Positions 12,601 through 26,134 of a stretch of DNA of 64,000 nucleotides are shown here, one piece after another; within the stretch, counting starts at the first letter, position 1, and each line of letters starts with the position of its first letter. The DNA lies in the NCBI GenBank assembly GCA_035193785.1, contig CP136572.1:2548578-2612577 (forward strand), read 5' to 3'. The DNA comes from Planktothrix sp. GU0601_MAG3 (GTDB taxonomy: Bacteria > Cyanobacteriota > Cyanobacteriia > Cyanobacteriales > Microcoleaceae). The position numbers and the translations under genes are program-made. The notes under the pieces were generated by a model, which saw only the letters and a list, made by a program, of their open reading frames with translations, did no database searches and was not told the origin of the DNA.

Positions 12601-13911
12601 ATTTAAAGGACGACCCAAGATATATTCAGTTTGTACATATATCATTTGGCAACCTAAATCAACACAGCGAATATGCCAATCAGAAATACTACCAATATGG
12701 TCAAAGGGTAACCAATTGAGGATAATATCTTTGTTATTATATTTACAAAGTAGGTTAGTCCCTCTAGCACGAGAGAGAAGGTTTTTATGGGTTAAGGAGA
12801 CACATTTAGAAATTCCCGTGCTACCTGATGTCAGGTTAAAGAAAGCCAAATCATCGGGTTGATTTATATGATAAGTTTGGGCGGGAGTATGGGTTTTTAA
12901 TTGCTCAATACAACTGATTTTTAAGGTTTGATTGGATAGCCATTTTTCTAAAGTTTTTACTTCCGGTTGTCTGGCTTCATTGGTAATAATTAGGGGTTTG
13001 TCTAATAGCTCCCATACCTGACAAATCTTATTAATTTCATTATTAAAATCTTTGTAGGTTGGTGGGACTGGGATAATAACAGGAATAAAGCCCCCCAAAA
13101 TACATCCCCAAAAAGCAGGAATAATATCACAATTTTCTGATAGCTGAAAAATAACTTTATCTTGAACCTGCAAACCAATTTTTTTTAATCCGGTGTTGAT
13201 TCTTTGGGCTTCATCCCATAATTGGGAGTAGGTTTGAAAAACCCGAGAATCGTTATTTTTAATATAAATAATTCCCTGATTTTGATAATTTTGAGCCGAT
13301 TTTAAGAGTGCTTCTGCTAAGGTTTTTGGTTGTAATTCAGACTCTATTAAAGTTTTTCCATGACTGATAGCAAGTTGGGAACTAGAAGATTGACTTGGTT
13401 GATGGATATTTTCTTCAAATTGTTGATTTTTTTCTGTGACTGTTTCCCGTTCTTTTAATGGTAGCAATTCCGACAAATGTAGAGGGGAACTTTTTTCGGT
13501 TTTGGATGTGACTACTACGGCAACTTGTTCAATTTCTGGCAAAGATTTTAGTTTGTTTTCGGTATATTGTGCCAAACTTAAATCGGCAATTTCTATATTT
13601 TTTAGGGCTATTTCATCTACATAACCTGTAGCCGTCAAGGGCAAACAGGAAATACCAACATAAATACTTGGTAGTAAATTATCTGATAATTTTGACTGTA
13701 CAAAAGAGGATAACTGTTCTGGGTTAACGATTCCAGAATAAACGATATAAGCGATTAATTCACCCTCACGCGCTAGTAAATAGCAATCTTCTACTAATGG
13801 ATTTGATAACAATAAGGCTGCTATTTTTTGATAATTTAATTGTGAATTTGTTTTATTAGAATCTCCTAACCATGTTGAATTTTCTACGGAATCTTGTTTG
13901 CTGTTAATCAT
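9615..13911 (-). CDS. aerA: Aeruginosin starter module AerA (keto-acid A domain-KR-PCP, ~1431 aa repaired); frameshift at ~10595-10599
   Basis: LTSGSTG, WLPFDHIG, FGMAE and TGDLG A-domain motifs; KR ITGGLGGIG and GYAAAN; PCP FFELGGHSLL. Stop overlaps the aerB start (ATGA). Start placed at MINSKQ. Confidence 0.88.
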
Positions 13912-14017
13912 AGGTAAAAATGATAAATAAATTACGTCTATTAGGATTGCTATATAATTTGCCAAGAAAAATCCCTCCATAGCAACACAGAGGGATAGAG
14001 ATAATCAGTTATCAGTT

Positions 14018-14078
14018 GTAGGGGCGGGTTCATCAAGATTTAGGTGATCAACAAAGCTCTAAAAGAACCCGCCCGTAC
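14018..14078. repeat. REP-like palindromic element (GTAGGGGCGGGTTC...GAACCCGCCCGTAC)
   Basis: 14-bp near-perfect inverted repeat starting with GTAG, between apcE and aerA. Confidence 0.7.
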
Positions 14079-14079
14079 C

Positions 14080-14160
14080 AGTTATTAGTTATTAGTTATT
14101 AGTTATTAATTAACTAACTCTTAAACTGATAACCCTTAAACTGATAACTCTTAAACTGAT
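14080..14160. repeat. Tandem repeats: heptamer AGTTATT x4, then 15-mer TAACTCTTAAACTGA x3
   Basis: Directly visible immediately downstream of the apcE stop. Confidence 0.85.
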
Positions 14161-14161
14161 T

Positions 14162-16974
<2,813 letters not shown>

Positions 16975-17090
16975 TTAAACGGATTAGTTTTGGCTGAATC
17001 GCCCTTGCTATTTCAACCCTATCCTCGCTTGAGTTGTTGCCAATTTAATCTTTCAGATTAAAATAATTTTGGTTAATTAACCAAACATTT

Positions 17091-17265
17091 TTGACATCTT
17101 CCCGACACCAACCCTTGGCTAATGGTGCGGGATTCCCAAGCCTCACGACTTGGGTTTCTGCTTCCGTCCCTTGCGGGTTTTCGCACCCGCCAAAACAGAT
17201 TTACTCTGTTCTGGCCTTACGGTCGCTCCACAGACTGACACGGCAAGTCCTGCCGCCAAAATGTT
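17091..17265 (-). mobile_element. Orphan IS200/IS605 3' end: TnpB C-terminal tail plus right end (putative omega/reRNA scaffold)
   Basis: Minus strand 17265-17143 reads NILAAGLAVSVCGATVRPEQSKSVLAGAKTRKGRKQKPKS*, resembling cyanobacterial TnpB tails. It is followed by GGGAATCCCGCACCA...TGGTGTCGGGAAGATGTCAA (subterminal hairpin + TCAA end). No upstream tnpB body is visible. Confidence 0.75.
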
Positions 17266-17556
17266 AAACGTTCCTTATAGTGCGGATCTTTTGGCTCCCA
17301 CTTTTGATAAAAAATCGTACCGACAATTATTGTATAGATTTGAGTGAAGTTATCTGAGAAAAAAGAATAAGTTTTGTTACGTTGGGGCTGCTGACGGTTA
17401 GCAGTTGTTGGTTAAGCACCGCTCAAAAGCAAATTTTTGGTATGGCAGTGCTTCAGATTGTTAGGAGGCGATTATACCACCAAACCGGATCAGATTCAGA
17501 CTTTTCCTCAAAAATACCCCTAGCCAGATTACCTATTATCGTACAATCTATTTTTA

Positions 17557-20500
17557 TTACCTTGGATAAAAAGGCATTCTAGGAGGTGCTGTTTTCCAGA
17601 TTAATTCGATTTCTTCTGGGGTTAATTGATAGGCTTGATTGACTAAATCGGATAACCGTTTTTCTAGGTTTAGTGCTTCTTGTTTGCGAGTTTGAATGTC
17701 TGGTACATATTCGTTATAGGCTTCTCGAATTGATTTTAACCCTTTGACTCCCAAGGGGTCGGATGATTTACTTTTGGGTAATTGTTTGATCACTTCTTCG
17801 ATTAATTCTTCAAAATTGAGATCAGCAAAGTTTTCTAATTTTCGACTAATTTTTTTAACTTTATATTGGATTTGTAGCCAGGTTAAAACATCATCGTTAG
17901 CGGTTTGATTGGTCTTTGTGATCTCAATTAATCGAGTAACAATTAATTCAACTTCATCACGAATTTGATCGGTTGGGGGTGCAATTGGAAGGCTTTCAAA
18001 TAAATATCCCATTGGGCTGATCGAATTTGATAGCATTCCTGTAAAAATTCGATAACTATACCACCAAATAAGAGGAGAGTTAAGCCATCCCAGTAAATAT
18101 TTATCAGACTTAGGGAGGATAAATGTCTTATCATTTCCATATAAACCAGAGTCATCAAAGGCATATTGTGGTAAAGTCTGAATAACTTGATAAATTAGTT
18201 TTTCAGCTTCAAACTTATTATAATAAGAACAAGATCGTAATTCCCACCAATATTTTCCTTGATCTCTTCGCTGCCGGAGTTTATTTTCCAAAGGTTTCAT
18301 ATACTGATGTATAGATGGGAAAGTTTGAGCAAATACATTTTCTGCATCATCTTTCGCGTTGCTCCATAACCATATATGATCGTTGCTGGATTTTAATAAT
18401 ATAATCCATACATTTTGCCATTCAGGACTCCACCGTTTAATATCCTGACCTCGTAAATAAGGTTTAATAATTTCGGCGGATTTTGGGTCAGCTTGAACAA
18501 TTTTATTTTTAGTTTCCTCATCAATTAAAAAGGCTTCATTTAACCCTGTTAGTATACCTCGATAGGGTTTGACCCCGGCGAAATCTCTCAGAGGAATTCC
18601 CACACGCTGAATTTTTTTCATTAACTCCTCAACGTCTGGACGCTCTAAACTCCAAGATTCCGCCGTAAACCTTGACCAAGCAACATCATAACCTTCATTT
18701 TGGACATATTGAGTTAAATTAATATTAACTAATTTTTCTCTCGGAACTGGACAGAGTTTAACATTAAATTCAGAAGGAATAGAGGTTTTTAGTTCAGTAG
18801 TTTCAGTTGGAGACAGAGATATTTTATAAACAGATATAATACAGGGAAAAGTATCTGCATCCTCAAAAATTGGGGCGTGTCCAAAATCAATAATTTGCTC
18901 AAAGGTGCTATTTTCAATAAAAAACCGCCGCAAGGGTTCACCATAACCCGCTTTTAGCCATTTATTAGTAACAATATAAGATAATTTTCCGGCGGGTTTG
19001 AGGATATTCAACCCTTTTTCATAGAAATAAACGTATAAGTCAGCTACCCCATTATAGGATTGATAATGCTGTTTTAAATAGGGTTTAATTGGGGATAATA
19101 ATTCTTGTCGCACATAGGGAGGATTTCCAATTACCACATCAAACCCCCCGTTAGCAAATACTTGAGGAAATTCTGTTTCCCAGTTAAAGGGTTTATCGGT
19201 AAATTCAGCATCAGCAACAATAGAATTACCTTGTTTAATATTATCATCTAAATCCGTTAAGGATTTTCCCGGTTTCCGCCGTTTTTAACCAAAGAGATAA
19301 TTTAGTGATTTCTACCGACTCCGCCGATAAATCAACCCCATATAAGTTTTGAGTTAAAATCATTGTATCTAAACGTTCTAACTCTGTTTCTGGTGTTGTT
19401 ACTAGGGAAGATAAGGCTTGATTGACTCGTTGATATTCTTGGAATAAATAATCAAAAGCCGCGATTAAAAATGCCCCAGAACCGCAAGCGGGATCACAAA
19501 CTTTGGTTTGTTTTAAAACTTGATCTCGATAGGTTTCCCAAAATTGAATTTCTGCCTGATTTTGTTGCTTTTTGTTGGTTTTTGTGGTAATATTTAATTG
19601 AAAGCGATCGCGCAATTCATCTTCTTTTTGTTTGAGATATCCACCCAAAGCTACCCGCACAATATATTGAGTAATAAACGCCGGAGTATAAAAAATTCCT
19701 TGGGTTTTGCGTTTCCCTGATTTTTGGTTAAATTCCTGGGTTTGAGTTTTAGCTTTTAATGCTTCTAAATCCGTAATTGATTGTTCAAAAATATGTCCTA
19801 AAATATCAACGGAAACCTCAGTTTCAAAGTCATATTTAGTTAAATTTTTGAGTTGTGTACACAGAGGGTCAGTAACCGTTAATTGTTCATCTAATAACGG
19901 ATCATGTTCAAATAAACCTCCGTTATAACCCGGAATTGGTGGATCTTCATTACCTTTATCAACCCAAGAAAATACTGATTTATAATTATCCCAAATGAAT
20001 CTAGGATTATAAGGATCTTTGTGATCATGGGCATTATTAAGGGTGTTTTTCGGTAATAATCCTCGATCTTGACAAAAAGCTAAAAACAAGATTCTGTCTA
20101 AGGTTTTTTGGGCTTTTTCAATTAAAATATTATCTCGATTTGGGAGATTTTTCGGCCCGGTGAAGCGAAAATGATTAACCAGATTAATCCTGACATTATG
20201 ATAATCTTGATAGAGTTGTTCTGTAATTTCTTCTTGGGCGATATCCGAATCAGCTAATAATCGATCAATAACCGATTGTTGTTGTCCGGTTTTGGGTAAA
20301 AAATTAGTCCTACAGAGTAAATAATAAAGTTTTTTGAAATTAGCGATCGCTTCCAATTCAGTTAATAAAAAGCGTTCAAAATAAGCCGGAGTTTTGCTAA
20401 TTTGATAAAGACGTAATTCTCGATAATTAGAGACAATCACCCAACGACAATTTTCTGTATAATTAGCATATTGCCATCCCTGTTCAACCGCAGAAAGTTT

Positions 20501-20896
20501 GCGTCCGGGTGCAGGTCGATCTAAATCATTTTTAGCATTTTTTAATTCAATAGGTGCAATAATTTTTCCCTGTAGTTTCCCTTCAATAGCCGTAAATAAT
20601 CCTAACGCACCATCCGCAAACCCACCCCCATCAGAAATTGTTTGTTCGGCGTGAATTTCCCAGTTTTTCCCCTCTCCTGAAATCACAGACCGATAGCCTA
20701 AAATATCCTGAAAAATATCTTTTAAAAAATCCCCCTGTAAAGACGTTTCTTTGACTTTTTCTAAAGTTCCCGCTTTGAGGGTTTTAATCCAACCTTGAAG
20801 AATATTATGACGGTCTAGCAAATCATCAGGAAAGGTAAAATTGCGGATAGCATTATTTAGGATTTTATTTTGAAATAAGGTTTTAGTTACTTGCAT
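17557..20896 (-). CDS. Type IIG (Eco57I/TaqI-C-like) fused restriction endonuclease-N6-adenine methyltransferase (~1112 aa repaired); frameshift at ~19272-19276
   Basis: N-terminal nuclease-like ADG...IELK; GIFYTP; motif I DPACGSGAFL; motif IV VIGNPPYVRQE; C-terminal target-recognition region. Repair gives AEPGKSLTDLDDNIKQGNS. Confidence 0.85.
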
Positions 20897-20987
20897 CTGT
20901 TTTCCTGAATAGAAAAATGTCAATCTTCTTAACATCAATCAAGGTTATTCTACAGCATAATAATAGTATTGAGTCAAAAATAATTTT

Positions 20988-22140
20988 ATGAATACAGTTT
21001 CTACCTCCATTGATAATAAAAACCGCATCATCCCCCCGGAATTGAATGTCCCGCCCCGTCTATTGTTGGGGCCAGGGCCATCCAATGCCAACCCCCGGGT
21101 ATTGCAGGCGCTGGCCATGTCCCCCGTCGGACACCTTGACCCCTATTTTCTGCAACTGATGGACGAGGTACAAACCCTGTTACGCTATGCTTGGCAAACC
21201 GATAACCCCATGACCATCCCCATGAGTGGGACGGGAAGCGCCGCCATGGAAGCGACTCTGGCGAATATCGTTGAAACCCGAGGACGTGGTTTTAGTGGCG
21301 GTGATGGGGTATTTTGGCCATCGTTTGGTGGACATGGCCGGCCGTTATCGGGCCGATGTGCGAAAATTAGTGAAACCTTGGGGCCGGGTTTTTAGTTTGG
21401 AAGAACTGCGCCAAGGGTTAGAAACCCATCGTCCCAAGGTGTTGGCCCTAGTTCATGCGGAAACCTCTACCGGCGCCTGTCAACCCTTGGAAGGTTTGGG
21501 GGAATTGTGTCGAGAATTTGATTGTTTGTTATTAGTTGATACCGTCACCAGTTTAGGGGCCGTGCCCTTATTTTTGGATACTTGGGGTGTGGATTTATCC
21601 TATAGTTGCAGTCAGAAAGGCTTAGGTTGTCCCCCTGGTTTGGGGCCGTTTACCATGAGTCCTCGGGCTGTTGAAATATTAAAAAAACGGCCGACAAAAG
21701 TGGCGAATTGGTATTTAGATGTTTCTCTGCTTTCTCAATATTGGGGTCAGGATCGAGTTTATCATCATACCGCCCCGGTTAATATGAATTATGGGTTTCG
21801 AGAAGCTCTCAGAATTTTAGCACAAGAAGGATTAGAAGCCAGTTGGAATCGTCATCTGACTAATGCTAAATTGTTATGGGAGGGGTTACATGATTTAGGA
21901 TTAGTTTGTCATGTTCCTGAAGATTATCGTTTACCGACATTAACAACAGTTCGTATTCCTGAAGGTGTTGATGGAAAAGCTATTTCTCGTCAACTTTTGA
22001 CGGAATATAATATTGAAATTGGCAATGGTTTAGGAGAATTAGCGGGTCAAGTTTGGCGAGTGGGACTGATGGGATATAATAGCCGACCTGAAAATGTTCT
22101 GTTATTATTATCCGCGTTAAAACGGGTTTTAAATCGTTAA
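20988..22140 (+). CDS. Class V PLP aminotransferase (alanine-glyoxylate/serine-pyruvate family); frameshift at ~21273
   Basis: LLLGPGPSN, GTGSAAME, VHAETSTG, DTVTSLG, SQKGL and YHHT motifs. Confidence 0.9.
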
Positions 22141-22142
22141 AT

Positions 22143-22170
22143 TGTAGTAGTGCGAGCGTCCTCGCTCGCT
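22143..22170. repeat. REP-like hairpin (GTAGT GCGAGCG-TCCT-CGCTCGC), possible bidirectional terminator
   Basis: 7-bp GC-rich stem directly after the aminotransferase stop, between convergent genes. Confidence 0.55.
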
Positions 22171-22202
22171 TGCTTTGATCAAGAATAGTCAACCGTTATT
22201 CT

Positions 22203-22451
22203 TCACTCTGGTTGAAAATGTTGTATTAATTGAGAACGTTTTTGATCCCACCATTCATCTGTTAACTCTATCGGTTCACCACTTTCTAACCCTTCTAATA
22301 ATAAAGATTCAACTCGTTCTATTTTTACTTGTTCTTGACGCAGCAAATCTAGGATATATTCGTTAGCATTAGCATAACCTCCTTTAGCAACTTGTTGTTC
22401 AACAAAAGTTTGAATTGACTCAGGGAGAGAAAGATTTAGTAAATTCATCAT
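22203..22451 (-). CDS. ParD-like ribbon-helix-helix antitoxin
   Basis: LNLSLPESIQTFVEQQVAKGGY.N..EYI..L.R and LLLEGLESGE match the ParD/CC2985-type antitoxin pattern. Confidence 0.75.
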   Translation of the reverse strand: MMNLLNLSLPESIQTFVEQQVAKGGYANANEYILDLLRQEQVKIERVESLLLEGLESGEPIELTDEWWDQKRSQLIQHFQPE

Positions 22452-22486
22452 CGTTTAACCTCTGATTTTAGATTTACAGTTTAGAC

Positions 22487-22517
22487 AGAAACCCAGTTTC
22501 TCAGAAACCGGGTTTCT
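22487..22517. repeat. AGAAACC(C/G)..TTTCT palindromic repeat pair (same core as the MITE-like copies at 49.2 and 53.7 kb)
   Basis: agaaacccagtttctc-agaaaccgggtttct visible in the intergenic gap. Confidence 0.65.
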
Positions 22518-22525
22518 TGAAGCAA

Positions 22526-24215
22526 CTAACGCAATCTCAAAAATACCGTTGCGTGTTGCACATTCCCCACACGATCACTACTACTAATAGTAAATGATCG
22601 CAAATTATCAAAAAATGGTTTAGCCGAAAGTTCTACTAATTTAAACAAGGGGAATTGTTGATTAAGGAAACTTCGACTGGTCAACCAATTGAGATAGAAA
22701 TAACCATCATTGATTTGAGGTAAAACTTCAATACTAGCCTTAAAATCTGGATCTTGAGTAATCAAATTTTCCGTTTTTGACAAGCCCAATACCTCATCCA
22801 TTGCTTCTACGGAAGTGGTAAAAATTTCATATTTCCCTACGGTTGAATGTACTCCTTTTGCATTGGCTTGAATTAATCTAGTTTGAGTTTTAGCTTTATC
22901 CTTTTTCTCCAAAACCATAGGGACTAACTTTGTCCAGACCGAAAGGCTATTATTATTAAGATTAAATGATCCCAAACTATAGCCTTGTTCCGTCGCTATT
23001 TTATCTAAATTTTCAATAGCTAGATTAGCATTTTCTGGACGTTCTGCCACAAATACCCAATCCCATTTTTCATTGTTATGGGGAAACTACTGCTAAGGCA
23101 TATTCTCCCGTCACCCAACTAAAAATATCTTCAGGTAAATCTAAACCCCACAAGGTTTTAATTCCGGCGATGGGTTGGGTAATAAATTGTTCTAAAGACT
23201 TATTAGCCGCAACAATAGCAGAGAAATCTGTCCAGAGTTGATTTAAGTCTTTTCCGGCAATTAATAACGGACTACTGGAACTAATATAGTTTAATGCTTC
23301 TACGGGTTGAGAAAAAGCTGGAGATGCTTGGGTTGTATCTTCCTCTACGGTAGCAATTAACGCCGTTTCTGCTAATAATCCTTGGGAATTAATCCCTAAA
23401 GATACGGCTAAACTCGGTTTTTGACCAACAAATTCGTCCGTTGTATCAGTTACTAATTGCCAATCTCCTAAATTAAAAAATCCAAATCCCACTCCCCCGG
23501 ATTTTAATTCTTGTAAAGCTTTTTGATAGGATTCGGATTGACTTAAATTCAGGTTTGCTTGTACCGTATTTAAGGCTTCCTTCATCACTTTAGGATAGTT
23601 GGCAAATAACACAAAGCGATCATTAATTATAGCCATAACTAAGGTCGGTGCATCATCAATTGTTCCTTGAAAGGGACGGCGATAAATCAGTTTAACCCCT
23701 CGATATTGATCTTGAATAATATCTAAGCCCGCATCTATTTGTTTTTGCCAAAATTTATCTAAAATCTCCTGACTTTTTTGGGGGTTTTTGGTTGATAAAG
23801 CGACAAAATATCCCGGTTGTTGACCATTATTGGCTAACCGATCTAGATCGGGAGTAATTAATGCCCAAGTTATTTCATTTCCTAACCAGGGTTGAATATC
23901 TTGCCCATAATTTAACCCCGTATTTGCTAAAAGATTTTCTTTAATCGGGTTGAGTTGAATGCGATTATTATTACTTTTTTGAGAAAAGGTTAAAATCTTT
24001 CCTACTGATTCTAACCGATCGGGATTTACTAATAATGAAACCATCGCCGGAGCCGTCCGGGGAACAAACATTGCCGCCTCTGGTGCTGTTTTAGTGCTAC
24101 CTGTGACTAAAGCGGCTGGGTTTTGACCCGATAATTTATAAACTCCCCCAATTCCCAGGAGTCCCAAAACAACTAGACCAATTACCAAAATTTTAGGAAA
24201 TGAGCGTCTTTTCAT
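22526..24215 (-). CDS. DUF3352-family exported/membrane-anchored protein; frameshift at ~23083
   Basis: N-terminal TM/signal; AAMFVP...SLLVNPDRL, DIQPWLGNEIT and LPEDIFSWVTGEYAL typical of cyanobacterial DUF3352; ORFs join as VVPHNNEKWDWVFVAE. Confidence 0.75.
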
Positions 24216-24421
24216 AAGCTTAACCGTTGAGCGAATAACATTGTCAGATGGGAGTTCCTTCTTTATTATGTGTCAATTGTGTACTTACGATACAAAGAAG
24301 ACAGATTGAAGGAGAGTTAAGTTGAAAATATATACTTTACCTGTATAATTATACTAGATAACTGATGTATTTATTGACTTGATTTTCCGTCGGATTATAT
24401 TTATCCTATTGTTAACCTATT

Positions 24422-26069
24422 ATGACTGCAAGAACACCCGTTTTATCCGCTTGGCAACAACTGAGAAATCAGAGTATTACCTGTGAACAAGCATTGAAAA
24501 ATTTAGTCGATGATCAAAAAATTTTGAATCTAAAATTATTGGATCGGGATGTTGGTTTTAGATTTTTTCGCGAATTTCCAGATAAAAATGTTTTGCCCCC
24601 GGTCATTCCCTTATTATTATGGCAAAATTGCTATTATTTGGGATGTCCGGTAGAAGTCTCCATGGAAGCACTAACCATGATGGGCGATCGCACTTTTTCT
24701 GATATTAAAATTATCCCCATTGATGATAAGAGTTATCGGGCTTGGTATCATGCCCAACATCTCGATCCCCATCGAATTACGTCTAACCCATTAATTAACC
24801 CATTGACGGGAGAATTAGAATCGGAAAACGTCAGTGAAACCACCGAATTATATTTATCAAAAGCCGCTGATCAACTGACTCGAATTAAAACTTTAATTTC
24901 AGGAGCTTTAAGAAATCGTGCCAGTGATATTCATTTAGAACCCTCCCAGGATGGTTTAAGAGTTCGCTATCGAATTGATGGTTTACTTCGCAATATTACC
25001 CTCTTACCTTCGGATATTGGACGTAAAGTTATTGTGGCAATTAAAGTTATGTCCAATATGGATATTGCCGAAAGTCGTCGCCCCCAAGATGGTAGAATTG
25101 GGGAAAATTATGTATCAGGAAAAGACTTAGAAGTTGCCCTTGATATGCGCGTTAGTACCCTCCCCTGTGTCGGAGGTGAAAAGGCTGTAATTCGATTATT
25201 ACCCCAAGAAAATCCTTTCTCTGGATTACAGGATTTAGGCTTCTCTGAAACCACATTAAATATTTATAAAAGTTGGCTCTATCAACCCCAGGGAATGATT
25301 ATTTTTACCGGGCCAACTGGGTCAGGAAAAACCAGTACCCTTTATAATAGTTTGTTAGCCGTTGCCACAGAAAATGTTAATGTTGTTACCGTGGAAGATC
25401 CGGTTGAATATATCCTATCTGGGATTACTCAAACCCAGGTTCATGAACGAGCCGGGATGACTTTTTCTGCCGGATTACGCGCTATTTTACGACAAGATCC
25501 TGATATTATTATGGTGGGGGAAATTCGGGATCAAGATACGGCAGATACCGCCATTCGTGCCGCATTAACTGGTCATTTAGTATTAACAACCTTGCATACA
25601 AATGATGCCATTGGTGCCATTCCCCGTTTAAAAGATATTGGCCCTGATCCGGGGTTAATTAGTGACGCCTTATTAGGAATTGTGGGACAACGCTTAACCC
25701 GTCGTGTTTGTCCCCACTGTGCTGAATCCTATAGCCCAACGGCGACGGATTTAGACCTGTTAGGGTTAGAATTAAAAGAAGTAAAAACTGACGGTTGGCG
25801 CAAAGGTCGAGGCTGTTCTAACTGTTTTTATTCCGGCTATTCGGGGCGAGAAGCAATTGTAGAATTATTAGCTGTTGATGATCGAATTCGTCAAATTATT
25901 TATGAAGGAAACTCTGACAGAATTACATCGTTATTTGCATGAAACAGGCTTTTTATCTTTCCGAATTGCCGCCATTGAAAAAGTCACAACTGGAGCTACT
26001 ACCGTCGAAGAAGTCCAGCGTGTTTTACCCCGCAGTGCCCTAGCTCGAAAATTCTCAATTAAAACCTAA
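24422..26069 (+). CDS. GspE/PulE/PilB-family secretion ATPase; frameshift at ~25908
   Basis: ASDIHLEP, RRPQDGR, Walker A GPTGSGKT, LRQDPDIIMVGEIRD, TLHTN and a CxxC...CxxC zinc motif. Confidence 0.92.
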
Positions 26070-26134
26070 AAATAGGATCATAAAAGCCTATTTCTAACAA
26101 TTACAATTCCATTTATTTTTATCTCAGATTTCCC

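Noticed and set aside
14080..14160. CRISPR array (also considered at 30534-30581, 42101-42135 and 63069-63120)
   Set aside because: Head-to-tail 7-15-bp repeats without unique spacers, and no cas genes in the window.
17150..17582. Plus-strand 65- and 66-aa ORFs between apcE and the RM gene
   Set aside because: No motifs; the first is largely the antisense reading of the IS605 remnant.
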